Shown in pieces: positions 1-9,988 of a stretch of DNA of 64,000 nucleotides. Numbering within the stretch: position 1 is the stretch's first letter; each line of letters opens with the position of its first letter. A model generated the notes under the pieces. It was not told where the DNA came from and searched no databases. It saw only the letters and a program-made list of their open reading frames with translations. The position numbers and the translations under genes were made by a program. The DNA is from a virus, in IMG/VR virus record IMGVR_UViG_3300030117_005808, positions 1-64,000 of that record; one strand, 5' to 3'.

Positions 1-225
1 CTCACGGCACACGAAGTAAAGACCATTCTGACCCGTGTTGGTGAGGGCACCAAGATTGTTTTGACAGGTGATATTGAACAAATTGATAACATATATGTTA
101 ACGAAATGTCATCCGGTTTGACGCACGCTGTTGAAAAAATGAAAGATCACGATATAACTGGCCATATTACACTCAAGAAGGGTGAAAGATCAAGAGTTGC
201 AACGTTAGCAGCTAAGATTTTATAG
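1..225 (+). CDS. phoH: PhoH-family ATPase, C-terminal fragment (runs off window start; not in ORF track)
   Basis: Frame 1 translates LTAHEVKTILTRVGEGTKIVLTGDIEQID...GERSRVATLAAKIL*, with the PhoH TRxGxxxKxVxxGDxxQxD and RS motifs; TAG at 223-225. Confidence 0.9.
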   Translation, partial: LTAHEVKTILTRVGEGTKIVLTGDIEQIDNIYVNEMSSGLTHAVEKMKDHDITGHITLKKGERSRVATLAAKIL

Positions 226-233
226 TTTTCTCC

Positions 234-262
234 TTGACAGAATACAAAATTGTGGTTATAAT
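234..262 (+). promoter_or_regulatory. Consensus sigma70 promoter
   Basis: TTGACA (234-239), 17 bp, TATAAT (257-262); intergenic, followed by AAGGA RBS and ATG at 284. Confidence 0.9.
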
Positions 263-283
263 ATAATATAAAGGATAAACATT

Positions 284-616
284 ATGCAAGTTGCTGATAG
301 AGAAAGTAAGGTCGCTAAAGAAAGTGAGATATATAAGAAGGTTACACCTGACTCACCAATGAAGGTCTGGCTTGTAGATTATGTTGGCGAAAAATTTCAA
401 CAAGAAATGATTCGGTTTAAAGCAGACACAGGAAAAGATTATGAATGGGATGGAAACATCACCGTTGAGATGATAGTTGATCTCATGGCCAAAGAGTTTC
501 CAGAATTTGTTATGGCTTTAGCAGAAGAAAATTTTATCAGAGGTTATCGTCAAGCCTTTGCTGATTTAGAGGCCGGCCAAGAAATGGTTAAAGCCGAGCA
601 AGATGGACAAAAATAG
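284..616 (+). CDS. Hypothetical protein
   Basis: 110-aa ORF with promoter and RBS; no recognisable motif. Confidence 0.75.
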   Translation: MQVADRESKVAKESEIYKKVTPDSPMKVWLVDYVGEKFQQEMIRFKADTGKDYEWDGNITVEMIVDLMAKEFPEFVMALAEENFIRGYRQAFADLEAGQEMVKAEQDGQK

Positions 617-1295
617 ACTTAATATAGAGGATATAATAAAAAAATCTCTGCTAGACCAAAAGGTTTTGCAGAAAGAACATCATTTGTTTGGAAAATTGTT
701 GTATGTTCAAGAGCCGTTCGCCGGCGCCGTAGATGTACAAAATGTCATAAATGAAATAGAACAGAATATTCCGCCCCACTTATTTGAAGAAATAGATACT
801 ATTATTGTTGGTTCTTTTGAAATTTTAGATAAAAGAGATTTAGAAGCTCTTTATAAAGATGGGGCCATATACATTAGCAGCAGAATAATCAGTAATAGGG
901 ACTTAATAGAAAATATTCTGCATGAAATGGCTCATTCTTTGGAAAATTCCATGGGGTATTATATTTATGCTGATGGAGTGCTACAATCTGAATTTTTAGC
1001 AAAAAGGCTAAGATTAAGGGATATGCTGGGGTCTGAAGAGCAAGAATATTATTATGATTTTTCTAATACCGAATACAAACTAGAGTTTGATGAATTTTTA
1101 TATCAAGATATAGGTTATCCAAAATTACGCTCTTTAACAAATGGGCTATTTCATACACCCTATGCTGTGACAAGTTTAAGAGAATATTGGGCCTCCGGTA
1201 TTGAGGATTATTTTCTTGGTGACAAAGAGTTGATCAAAAGAGTTAGTCCAGAACTATTTAGAAAAATAGAGGGAGTAATAACTCATGAGTACTAA
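603..1295 (+). CDS. Zincin-like metallopeptidase-fold protein
   Basis: LHEMAHSLE (HExxH) plus downstream SLREYWA supplying a candidate third Zn ligand. Confidence 0.6.
   Translation: MDKNRLNIEDIIKKSLLDQKVLQKEHHLFGKLLYVQEPFAGAVDVQNVINEIEQNIPPHLFEEIDTIIVGSFEILDKRDLEALYKDGAIYISSRIISNRDLIENILHEMAHSLENSMGYYIYADGVLQSEFLAKRLRLRDMLGSEEQEYYYDFSNTEYKLEFDEFLYQDIGYPKLRSLTNGLFHTPYAVTSLREYWASGIEDYFLGDKELIKRVSPELFRKIEGVITHEY
1252..1260 (+). promoter_or_regulatory. Candidate phage late-promoter motif AACTATTTA
   Basis: Same motif as upstream of the structural genes; 24 nt before ATG 1285. Confidence 0.35.
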
Positions 1296-1578
1296 AACAT
1301 TAAAAATAACACAAGATAAGGATGTGTTAGAGGTATATGTAAAGCTTGAAGAGAGAAATGATCGTCGTGGTATACCAAAGACGAGATTTGATACTCACGA
1401 TGTGGTGGAATTTTTAAGAGAAAAAAAAGTTGTTCATGGAAGATGCATACGCAAGGATACCCCAACACTTAAAAATTGGCACCCACAACTTTTAGAGGGA
1501 ACTTGGGTTTTTGAAAAAATCAAACAAAAACCACGACGTGCAAAAGTTACTACTAAAAAGAAAAACACGGGGGAATAA
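1285..1578 (+). CDS. Hypothetical basic protein
   Basis: 97-aa ORF, GGAG RBS, abuts next gene. Confidence 0.7.
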   Translation: MSTKTLKITQDKDVLEVYVKLEERNDRRGIPKTRFDTHDVVEFLREKKVVHGRCIRKDTPTLKNWHPQLLEGTWVFEKIKQKPRRAKVTTKKKNTGE

Positions 1579-2343
1579 ATGGCACATGTCTCTTATTCAG
1601 AGATAAAAACTTGGAACGAGTGCCCACACAAACACCGACTACAATATGTCGAAAAGATCGCAGGCTTCAAAGGCAATCTACACACTGCTTTTGGAACTGC
1701 GATCCACAGTGTTTGTGAACACGGGCTCTTAAACGAAGATCTAGACAGAGAGAAACACTTTCTGGAAGAGTTCGAAAAAGAGATCGTTTCATTAGAAAAG
1801 AAAGAAGTAGAGATCGACAAGACTTTGCGAGAGCAAATGATGGGCCAGTATGCGCCCATCGTTTCGTCGTTTCGTGAAGAACTTGACAACTACTTTGAGG
1901 ACTGTGAGGTTATTTCCACAGAAGAAATGCTTTACGAGGATATTGAAGGTCACGATTTGAAGTTTAAAGGCTTCATAGACCTCGTTGTCAAGACTAAAGA
2001 TGGCAAGTATCACATCCTTGACTGGAAGACTTGTGGATGGGGTTGGGACGCCAGAAAGAAGGCCGACAAGATCATCAACTACCAGTTGACCCTATACAAA
2101 GTATTTTGGGCTAAGAAACACAACATACCCTTAGATAAGGTTGAAACACATTTTGGGCTGCTCAAAAGAACAGCCAAAAAGAACAATACAGAGATTTTTC
2201 GAGTTACAAGCGGCAAAATAAAAGTAAAAAATGCCTTGACATTCCTCGAAAAAGCGGTTATTAATATAAAGAGAAAGATTTCTATTAAGAATAGATTATC
2301 TTGTAAATACTGTGATTTCTATAAAACAGAACATTGCAGATGA
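1579..2343 (+). CDS. PD-(D/E)XK exonuclease, Cas4/RecB/AddB-like, with 4-Cys Fe-S staple
   Basis: SYSEIKTWNECP, FGTAIH, GFIDLV...ILDWKT, QLTLY, C-terminal CKYCDFYKTEHC. Confidence 0.88.
   Translation: MAHVSYSEIKTWNECPHKHRLQYVEKIAGFKGNLHTAFGTAIHSVCEHGLLNEDLDREKHFLEEFEKEIVSLEKKEVEIDKTLREQMMGQYAPIVSSFREELDNYFEDCEVISTEEMLYEDIEGHDLKFKGFIDLVVKTKDGKYHILDWKTCGWGWDARKKADKIINYQLTLYKVFWAKKHNIPLDKVETHFGLLKRTAKKNNTEIFRVTSGKIKVKNALTFLEKAVINIKRKISIKNRLSCKYCDFYKTEHCR
2236..2265 (+). promoter_or_regulatory. Probable sigma70 promoter inside nuclease 3' end, driving the glycan island
   Basis: TTGACA (2236-2241), 17 bp, TATTAA(T); preceded by GGT like the promoter at 234; -10 imperfect. Confidence 0.45.
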
Positions 2344-2350
2344 GGTTTAA

Positions 2351-3619
2351 ATGAGTGATAAGAAAACGATCCTTGTAATAGCGGATCACCCACTTGCCCC
2401 TTCGGGCGTTGGAACACAAACAAGAAATTTTATTGAGACATTAATATTAACAGGACAATATAGATTTATTTGTTTTGGCGGCGCTATTAAACACCCTAAC
2501 TATGAGCCGCAATACATTACCGATGATAGATGGGAAGAAAAAGATTGGATTGTATATCCAGTGGATGGATACGGTTCGGCAGAATCGATTCGATCAATTT
2601 TGTGGACAGAGAAGCCAGATTTACTTTGGTTTATGACGGATCCACGTTTTTATCCATGGTTGTGGCAAATTGAAAACGAGGTTAGGCCCCTTGTTCCAAT
2701 GGTATACTATCATGTTTGGGATAATTATCCTCCACCAAAATATAATGCCAAGTGGTATCGTTCAACAGATGTAATTGCATCAATTTCTAAAGTTACTTAC
2801 GATATTGTATCAAAAGTAGCACCAGAGGTGGAAAATCATTATATTCCTCATGCAGTAAATGCTGAAATCTATAGAAAAATTGATTCTGAAAATGTACAAA
2901 AGTTTATTGATGATAGTTTTCCAAACCATAATGGCAGAACAGTATTTTTCTGGAATAATAGAAACGCACGGCGTAAACACTCCGGAACCCTGCTTCATTG
3001 GTTTAATAACTTTGCTGAGGAGGTGGGTCCTGAAAATGTTTGTTTAATAATGCATACGGACCCAAAAGACCCAAATGGTCAAGATCTAAATGAGTTGATT
3101 GAAGATCTGGGCATGACGGATGGTCGAGTTGTGTTATCCACAAATAAGATGCCAGCAGAAGGCCTTTCGATGATGTATAATATGGCTGATTGTACTGTTA
3201 ATATATCAGATGCTGAGGGGTTTGGTTTAGCTACACTTGAATCGTTATCTTGTGGAACGCCCATCATTGTAAATATGACTGGCGGCTTACAAGAGCAAGT
3301 TACGGATGGTGAAAATTGGTTTGGTATTGGTATCGAGCCAACTGCAAAAGCACTCATTGGTTCACAAACAGTTCCGTACATATATGAAGACAGAATCAGT
3401 GAAGAAGATTTTATAAATGCTATGAAGAAATTTTATAACATGTCTAAAGAGGAAAGAGAAAAAATGGGAGATTTAGGCATGGAGCATGTAAGAAAAAATT
3501 ACAGTTATGAAAAGTTTCAAAAAAGTTGGATTGATTTGATTGAAGATATTCTTGAAAGACTAGGTTCTTGGGAAACCAGAAAGGGTTATAAAGCGTGGTC
3601 GCTTAAGGAGGTATCATGA
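2351..3619 (+). CDS. Glycosyltransferase family 4 (GT-B)
   Basis: N-terminal PSGVG, RNARRK, and EGFGLATLESLSCGTP (ExFGxxxxE motif). Confidence 0.92.
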   Translation: MSDKKTILVIADHPLAPSGVGTQTRNFIETLILTGQYRFICFGGAIKHPNYEPQYITDDRWEEKDWIVYPVDGYGSAESIRSILWTEKPDLLWFMTDPRFYPWLWQIENEVRPLVPMVYYHVWDNYPPPKYNAKWYRSTDVIASISKVTYDIVSKVAPEVENHYIPHAVNAEIYRKIDSENVQKFIDDSFPNHNGRTVFFWNNRNARRKHSGTLLHWFNNFAEEVGPENVCLIMHTDPKDPNGQDLNELIEDLGMTDGRVVLSTNKMPAEGLSMMYNMADCTVNISDAEGFGLATLESLSCGTPIIVNMTGGLQEQVTDGENWFGIGIEPTAKALIGSQTVPYIYEDRISEEDFINAMKKFYNMSKEEREKMGDLGMEHVRKNYSYEKFQKSWIDLIEDILERLGSWETRKGYKAWSLKEVS

Positions 3620-5571
3620 AGAAAATATTAGTTAGAGGCCCAGTGTTATCACAATCTGGATATGGGGAACATACTCGATTTGTTCTACGCGCCTTACGTT
3701 TGCAAGAATCTGAGCTAGATATTCATATTCTTCCAACTGGCTGGGGCGAGACTGGCTGGCTAGCGATCAACGATGAAGAAAGAGAATGGATTGATTCTAG
3801 AGTAGCTGCCGGCGCAGCACACTTGCAGCAAAAACTATCATATGATATTTCTGTTCAAGTCACTATCCCTAATGAGTGGCAAAAACTTGCACCTATTAAT
3901 ATTGGAGTTACAGCAGGAATCGAAACTAATAAAGTTTCTCCAACTTGGCTTGAAATGTGTAATATTATGGATAAAATTATTACTATTTCAGAACACTCTA
4001 AAAACGGTTTTGTAGCGACCGAATATCATGGTCATAATAAACAAACTGGCGCCCCTATGCATCTAAAGTGTAACGTGCCTGTTGAAGTAGCTGGGTATCC
4101 CGTAAAAGATCACAAACCTGTTGAAATATCGCTGGAGCTTGATTATGATTTTAACTACTTGGCTATTTCTCAGTGGGGTCCGAGAAAGAATATGGACAAA
4201 CTTATTAAATGGTTTGTAGAAGAAAATCATGATCAAGAGGTTGGGCTTATTATAAAAACGAGTCTTAAAAACAATTCTGTGGTGGATAGAGAATACATCG
4301 AACAGGTCGTATTGCAATCAATACCAAAGGTGGAAGATCGCAAATGTAAAATATATCTTTTGCACGGTGACATGTCTGAATCTGAGATTCATTCACTTTA
4401 TTTGCACCCAAAGGTTAAGGCACTTGTATCTTTAACCCACGGGGAGGGTTTCGGACTTCCTTTATTCGAAGCTGCATATAGTGGAATACCAGTTATCGCA
4501 CCCGGATGGTCAGGGCAAACAGATTTTTTATATGCTCCAACTAAGAACAACTCAAAGAAAAACAAGAATAAACGTAAAGCATACTTTGCTGATGTGGACT
4601 ACACGCTTGGACCTATTGAAGAACATGCAGTTTGGCCGGGTGTTCTAGAAAAAGAGACAATGTGGTGTTACCCAACAGAGGGTTCGTTCAAAATGAGGCT
4701 ACGTCAGGTTAGAAAAAGTTACAATAAGTGGCTTACTAAGGCGAAGCATCTTCAAGAGTGGGTTCACAAAGAGTTTAGCTGGGATAAAAAGCATAAAGAA
4801 CTCTCTTTTATGATCAATACACCAGATCCTGCACTAACCTTTTCATCTGATAAACTTCCAAAAATCTCTATTATTACTTCTGTATATAATGGTGATGAGT
4901 TCATTCGCTCATTCTTAGAAGACATCACAAGTCAAACTATTTTTGAAGATAAGTGCGAGCTTATTCTAATAAATGCTAACTCACCGGGCAATGAAGAATG
5001 GGCCATTCAAGAGTACATGGAAAAATATCCTAATAATATTATTTATAAGCGCCTTGAAGAGGATCCCGGCATTTATGGAGTATGGAATATGGGTGTTGAG
5101 ATGGCCTCTGGAGAGTACTTAACAAATGCCAACCTAGATGACAGGAAAGCTGTTAACTCTCTTGAGAGACACGCCAGAGAACTCTATACGAATGATGGTG
5201 TTGATCTGGTATATGCGGACATGGCAATTACGGACCGGCCCAATGAAACATTTAAAAATAATAACTCAGAGGGACGACAATATAACTTCCCAGAGTTTAG
5301 TTTTGATAATTTAAAAATGACAAATATGCCGCATGCATCACCTATGTGGCGCAAAAGTTATCATGATAAATACGGACTTTTTGATGATAAATATAAATCT
5401 GCTGGTGATTGGGAACTTTGGCTTAGAGGGGCATCTCAAGGAAGCAAATTTAAAAAGATTAATTCTATTTTAGGTCTGTATTATTTCAATCCCACAGGTA
5501 TCTCGACCAACCCAGAGAACTTTAGCTGGAAAAGAAAAGAAGAAAAAGAGGTTTTTGAAAAATATCAATGA
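3616..5571 (+). CDS. Bifunctional glycosyltransferase, GT4 + C-terminal GT2
   Basis: SGYG, PRKN and EGFGLPLFEA (GT4), then PKISIITSVYN...NANLDD...AGDWELWLR (GT2). Confidence 0.9.
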   Translation: MKKILVRGPVLSQSGYGEHTRFVLRALRLQESELDIHILPTGWGETGWLAINDEEREWIDSRVAAGAAHLQQKLSYDISVQVTIPNEWQKLAPINIGVTAGIETNKVSPTWLEMCNIMDKIITISEHSKNGFVATEYHGHNKQTGAPMHLKCNVPVEVAGYPVKDHKPVEISLELDYDFNYLAISQWGPRKNMDKLIKWFVEENHDQEVGLIIKTSLKNNSVVDREYIEQVVLQSIPKVEDRKCKIYLLHGDMSESEIHSLYLHPKVKALVSLTHGEGFGLPLFEAAYSGIPVIAPGWSGQTDFLYAPTKNNSKKNKNKRKAYFADVDYTLGPIEEHAVWPGVLEKETMWCYPTEGSFKMRLRQVRKSYNKWLTKAKHLQEWVHKEFSWDKKHKELSFMINTPDPALTFSSDKLPKISIITSVYNGDEFIRSFLEDITSQTIFEDKCELILINANSPGNEEWAIQEYMEKYPNNIIYKRLEEDPGIYGVWNMGVEMASGEYLTNANLDDRKAVNSLERHARELYTNDGVDLVYADMAITDRPNETFKNNNSEGRQYNFPEFSFDNLKMTNMPHASPMWRKSYHDKYGLFDDKYKSAGDWELWLRGASQGSKFKKINSILGLYYFNPTGISTNPENFSWKRKEEKEVFEKYQ

Positions 5572-6233
5572 AACTGATTACTTTCTCCCTCTGGGGGCAA
5601 GATCCAAAATATTTGATTGGAGCGATTCGAAACGCGGAACTGGCAAAACAGATTTACCCAGATTGGCGTTGTAGGTTTTATGTTGGGCAGAGTGTACCAA
5701 GTCAAATTATTATACAGCTTGAAAGTTTCGATAATGTAGAAGTTATACAAAGACCCGAGTTTGGAGACTGGAGGGGCATGTTTTGGAGATTTTTGCCCGC
5801 ATCTGAAGAAGGTGTTGATGTCATGATATCAAGAGACACGGATTCCAGACTGAACATTAGAGAGAAAGCTGCCGTCGATGAGTGGTTAGCATCTGATAAA
5901 AAGCTTCATATTATGCGAGACCACCCTCACCATGGTTATCCAATCTTGGGAGGCATGTGGGGTGCTAAAAAAAGTGCCATAGAAAATATTGAGTATTTGA
6001 TAAATAACTTTGCACAAGAAGATGCTTACGGCACCGACTACAAATTTTTTGCTGAGTTAATTTTTCCAAAGCTAGAACCGGATAGTGTCATGATCCATGA
6101 CGAATTTTTTGGTGGACAGCCATTCCCAACAGAACGTGATGGATTGCAGTTTGTTGGTCAAGTTTTTGACGAAAATGAGGTAACAGTTTCAGAGCATGAT
6201 AAAGCTTTGCAGAGGTACTATGAAAATAGATAG
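5568..6233 (+). CDS. Putative GT-A fold glycosyltransferase-like protein
   Basis: FSLWG, MFWRF, SRDTDSR (DxD), MRDHPHH, ILGGMWG; located in glycan cluster. Confidence 0.6.
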   Translation: MKLITFSLWGQDPKYLIGAIRNAELAKQIYPDWRCRFYVGQSVPSQIIIQLESFDNVEVIQRPEFGDWRGMFWRFLPASEEGVDVMISRDTDSRLNIREKAAVDEWLASDKKLHIMRDHPHHGYPILGGMWGAKKSAIENIEYLINNFAQEDAYGTDYKFFAELIFPKLEPDSVMIHDEFFGGQPFPTERDGLQFVGQVFDENEVTVSEHDKALQRYYENR

Positions 6234-6969
6234 AGCTATAATGGCCACAGATGCGAATCCAGATTATTATAAGTTTTGGCCTACTGTTGCAAAAAGATGG
6301 ATTAGTTGGGGAATCACACCTACGCTATTTGTTATAAGTAAAGATAAGTTGGACATTGACTCGTCTTTGGGACATGTCGTATATGTGGACCCAGTGTCTG
6401 ACGTATCTACAGCACATCAAGCTCAAATTATTAGACTTTTCGCAGCGGCACATTTTAAAAATGATGTTTGCATTATCTCTGACATTGATATGATGCCCCT
6501 ACAAAGAGAATATTTTATAGAGTCTTGCGAGCCGTATAAGGATGATAAGCTAGTAGTTTATTCATCGGATGCTTATCTGCCGGGTGATCCAGCATATCCA
6601 GCATATCCAATGTGCTATCTTTGTTCAAGTGGCAAAACCTTTTATGATATAATAGGTGGAGACTTGGATACTTTTTCTAAACTTGTAAAGGAGTGGGTAT
6701 CTTATGGTCACGGTTGGCATACGGATGAGAAAGTCTTCTTCCAAAAACTCATGGATTGGCAAAAGCAAAATATAAAAACTGTTTTTTTGAGAAGAGGCTT
6801 TAATGTTAGCAATCACCCTATTACAATAGCGCGTATTGATCGTAGTAATGGTTCGGATTGTCGTATGGATCTTTTAGAAAAAAACTATTATGTAGATTAT
6901 CACATGCCAAGACCTTATGATAAATATAACGAAACTATAGACACAATTTACGAAAAGACCAAGGCCTAA
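6220..6969 (+). CDS. Putative GT-A fold glycosyltransferase-like protein
   Basis: ISDIDMMP (DxD), WHTDE, DYHMPRP; start moved to ATG 6220 after GAGG. Confidence 0.55.
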   Translation: MKIDRAIMATDANPDYYKFWPTVAKRWISWGITPTLFVISKDKLDIDSSLGHVVYVDPVSDVSTAHQAQIIRLFAAAHFKNDVCIISDIDMMPLQREYFIESCEPYKDDKLVVYSSDAYLPGDPAYPAYPMCYLCSSGKTFYDIIGGDLDTFSKLVKEWVSYGHGWHTDEKVFFQKLMDWQKQNIKTVFLRRGFNVSNHPITIARIDRSNGSDCRMDLLEKNYYVDYHMPRPYDKYNETIDTIYEKTKA

Positions 6970-6973
6970 ACAT

Positions 6974-7774
6974 ATGAACCTGACGCAAGATTCATATCCA
7001 TATCTCACTGGAATGGGACTTAGAAATAGGTGTCATATGGTTTTTGATGAGTTTCATAAAGATGAAGCTGACAAAATTAAGCACGATGGACAAGTTATTT
7101 TTATAAAAACTGATTTGGTTCCCATGTTTTTTACACGCATTATGCCAAGAATCAACCGGAGTGTTGTTATAATAACACATAATAGTGCTCTTGGTATTGG
7201 TGAAAGATACAAGAAGTATCTAGATGATCCAAGGGTCATAAAATGGTACGCACAAAATGCAAATTTTAATCACCCAAAGCTGTGTTCGGTGCCTTTGGGT
7301 ATAGCAAATGCGCGTTGGCCACATGGAGATATATCTGAGATTAAAAAAGCTAATGAGGCAAAGAATAAAAAAGATCACTTAGTGTATATGAATTTTGATC
7401 TAAAAACAAATATTACAGAGCGAACAAAAGTGTATGATATGTTTAAGGACAAAGACTATGTTCTAAAGGGTGAAAGAAAACCATTTGGTGAATATTTAAA
7501 GGATCTCGCTAGATGCAAATATACTTTATCACCTCCCGGCGCAGGAATAGATTGTCATCGTATATGGGAATCAGTAGCTGTGGGCACGGTGCCCATAGTT
7601 CAGGATTGTCATAATATTTCCTTTCATAAAGATATGCCAATAATGATCATTGACGACTGGGGCAAGCTGACTGAGGAATATTTATCAAATAAATATGATA
7701 ACTTTACTAGTAATAAATATAGTTCTAGGGCTATAATGATCGATTATTGGTCCAAAAAAATAGGTTTATTATGA
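6974..7774 (+). CDS. Exostosin/GT47-like glycosyltransferase
   Basis: CKYTLSPPGAGIDCHRIWESVAVGTVPIV matches the exostosin-family FCLxPxG...RxxEA..GCIPV pattern. Confidence 0.72.
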   Translation: MNLTQDSYPYLTGMGLRNRCHMVFDEFHKDEADKIKHDGQVIFIKTDLVPMFFTRIMPRINRSVVIITHNSALGIGERYKKYLDDPRVIKWYAQNANFNHPKLCSVPLGIANARWPHGDISEIKKANEAKNKKDHLVYMNFDLKTNITERTKVYDMFKDKDYVLKGERKPFGEYLKDLARCKYTLSPPGAGIDCHRIWESVAVGTVPIVQDCHNISFHKDMPIMIIDDWGKLTEEYLSNKYDNFTSNKYSSRAIMIDYWSKKIGLL

Positions 7775-8493
7775 AAACAGCCATTTGTTTTACGGGTACT
7801 TGCAGAAGCTTACAACACACACACAAAAATATAAAAGAAAAACTCATAGACCCTTTTGGTGAATGCGATGTGTTTATGCTGGTGGCAAAAAATCCAGACT
7901 CTGAAAAGGCAAATACTTATTTTGGAAATCTTCCACAATTGAAGACGTTGTTAGTAGAGGATGAACCAGAATATGATGTGAGTAAACTTAACTTTAAGCC
8001 TAACTGGCCCTCTGGTAAACTTAGTTCTAAACAAGTATATATTAAGATGATTGAGTCAAGAAAACGCTGTGATGAAGTGTTATCTCTCTATGAGGAGAAA
8101 AGCGACATGACTTACGACAGGGTTATCTTTTCGCGCTTGGATGTTAAATATTTTAACAATGTTTCTAAAATTATAGCTGATCTACCGTTATCTAATCTCT
8201 ATGTGCCTGATTTTCACAATAGCTTTGGTGGAGTGATTGATGGATATAATGATAGATTTGCTGTTTCTGATAGAAAAAATATGAAAACGTATTTTAAAAT
8301 TCCTGATAGCATCGCAGATTTCCAGAGTGCTGGAGGAGAGCTTCACGCGGAAACGCTTTTAAAATGGCACCTCACTAAGAGTAGGGTGCCAGTTGATCAG
8401 GTGCCAGTTAGGTTTACTAGGGTAAGACCCTCGGGCAAAGAAATGGATCTTAGAATAGAAAGTCAAATTAACTGGTCTTTGGGGGATACATAA
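7771..8493 (+). CDS. Glycan-cluster protein of the 'KxAxCxxGxxR' type (probable transferase)
   Basis: MKTAICFTGTCR...YDRVIFSRLDV...GYNDRFA...ETLL; ATGA overlap with upstream gene. Confidence 0.55.
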   Translation: MKTAICFTGTCRSLQHTHKNIKEKLIDPFGECDVFMLVAKNPDSEKANTYFGNLPQLKTLLVEDEPEYDVSKLNFKPNWPSGKLSSKQVYIKMIESRKRCDEVLSLYEEKSDMTYDRVIFSRLDVKYFNNVSKIIADLPLSNLYVPDFHNSFGGVIDGYNDRFAVSDRKNMKTYFKIPDSIADFQSAGGELHAETLLKWHLTKSRVPVDQVPVRFTRVRPSGKEMDLRIESQINWSLGDT

Positions 8494-9152
8494 TGCAAGT
8501 TTATGAGTATAACATAGAAAAGTATAATTTTATTTCAATGTTTGAGCACCTGTTCGGGCGCACAAACTTACAAACAATACATGAGGATTTAAATAAGCAA
8601 TATGAACTTTTTAACGAACCGGGTAAAGACTCAGACACTCAGTTTCACACTACATTTTATGATAAAATGAGATCAGGCTGGCCAGAGTTTATATTGACGT
8701 ATAAGAAATTCATAAAAGAAGTTGTAGCTCCAATCTATGGATCACCAGACAAACTAATATATCAAAAATGGCCATCGTTTAGAGTTCATTTACCAAACAA
8801 TATGGCTGTTGGAGGTTGGCATAATGATAGCGATTACAACCACCCTGCTGGCGAAACAAACTTTATACTAGCTATTACACCCATGTTTGAGAGTAATACA
8901 GTCATAATGGAGACCTCGCCCGGCAAGAAAGACTTTAGACAACTTGAGATGAATCCCGGTCAGTTAGCTAGCTTTAATGGTAATAAATGTACTCATGGAA
9001 ATCTGCCTAATAGAACTGGAGTGTCAAGAGTGAGTTTTGATTTTCGTGTTATGAAGATAGAGGATTACGATTCTGCCCATGCTCTAAAATCTCTGAGCAA
9101 AGGAAATAAGTTTATTATTGGCGAGTACTATGAGATGATGGAGTTGAAATGA
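8493..9152 (+). CDS. StrG-like / 2OG-Fe(II) double-stranded beta-helix oxygenase
   Basis: PSFRVHLP, WHNDSDYNH (HxD), HGNLPNRTGVSRVSFDFRV (distal His and Arg). Confidence 0.72.
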   Translation: MQVYEYNIEKYNFISMFEHLFGRTNLQTIHEDLNKQYELFNEPGKDSDTQFHTTFYDKMRSGWPEFILTYKKFIKEVVAPIYGSPDKLIYQKWPSFRVHLPNNMAVGGWHNDSDYNHPAGETNFILAITPMFESNTVIMETSPGKKDFRQLEMNPGQLASFNGNKCTHGNLPNRTGVSRVSFDFRVMKIEDYDSAHALKSLSKGNKFIIGEYYEMMELK

Positions 9153-9988
9153 AGTATCTAGTATTAGGTTCAGAGGGTCAAATAGGATATGCCCTAAAAG
9201 ATTTCTTATTAGATAAAGGACATGAGGTTCTTGAGTATGATATTGTTAGGTCTAAATATGAAGATTTACGATTAACAAACAATACATTGCTTGAAAAGAA
9301 AATTTATGATTGCGATTTTGTATTTTTTCTAGCATTTGATGTTGGGGGTTCAAGATATCTAAAAAAATATCAAAACACTTTTGATTTTTTACACAACAAT
9401 ATATCGCTTATGAAAGAGACCTTTGCCCTTTTGAAAAAACACAATAAGAAATTTATATTTGCATCCAGTCAGATGTCTAACATGGATTATTCTCCATACG
9501 GGCTGTGCAAATCAATAGGAGAGAGGTATACAGAATGTTTAAATGGAATAGTGGTTAAGTTTTGGAACGTATATGGTTATGAGAGGGATCTAGAGAAAGC
9601 ACACGTTATCACGGATTTTATATTGAAATCTCTACAAAATAAGAAAATAAGTATGTTAACCAATGGCTCAGAACAGCGACAATTTTTGAATGCTACTGAC
9701 TGTAGTAACGCCTTGTATATCCTAAGTAAAAAATATAATCAGTTGCCAAGAGAAAAACAGTATCACATAACAAGCTTTGAGTGGATTAATATTAAGAAAA
9801 TTGCGGACATTATTTCAAATTTAACGGGAGACACGCCAGTAATACCATCAAATGAGGTAGATACGCTACAAAAGAATAGGAGAAACCAGCCTGATCCACA
9901 TATATTAAAATACTGGACACCTAAGATTACAATTGAGTCTGGAATAAAACAGATAATACAAAAAATTTTACAAGAGAATAAACTATGA
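9149..9988 (+). CDS. NAD-dependent epimerase/dehydratase (extended SDR)
   Basis: GSEGQIG Rossmann motif, ASS, YGLCK (YxxxK), NVYG. Confidence 0.88.
   Translation: MKYLVLGSEGQIGYALKDFLLDKGHEVLEYDIVRSKYEDLRLTNNTLLEKKIYDCDFVFFLAFDVGGSRYLKKYQNTFDFLHNNISLMKETFALLKKHNKKFIFASSQMSNMDYSPYGLCKSIGERYTECLNGIVVKFWNVYGYERDLEKAHVITDFILKSLQNKKISMLTNGSEQRQFLNATDCSNALYILSKKYNQLPREKQYHITSFEWINIKKIADIISNLTGDTPVIPSNEVDTLQKNRRNQPDPHILKYWTPKITIESGIKQIIQKILQENKL

Noticed and set aside
1579-2343. CRISPR-associated cas4
   Set aside because: No repeat-spacer array or other cas genes seen; stand-alone Cas4-like nucleases are common in phages.
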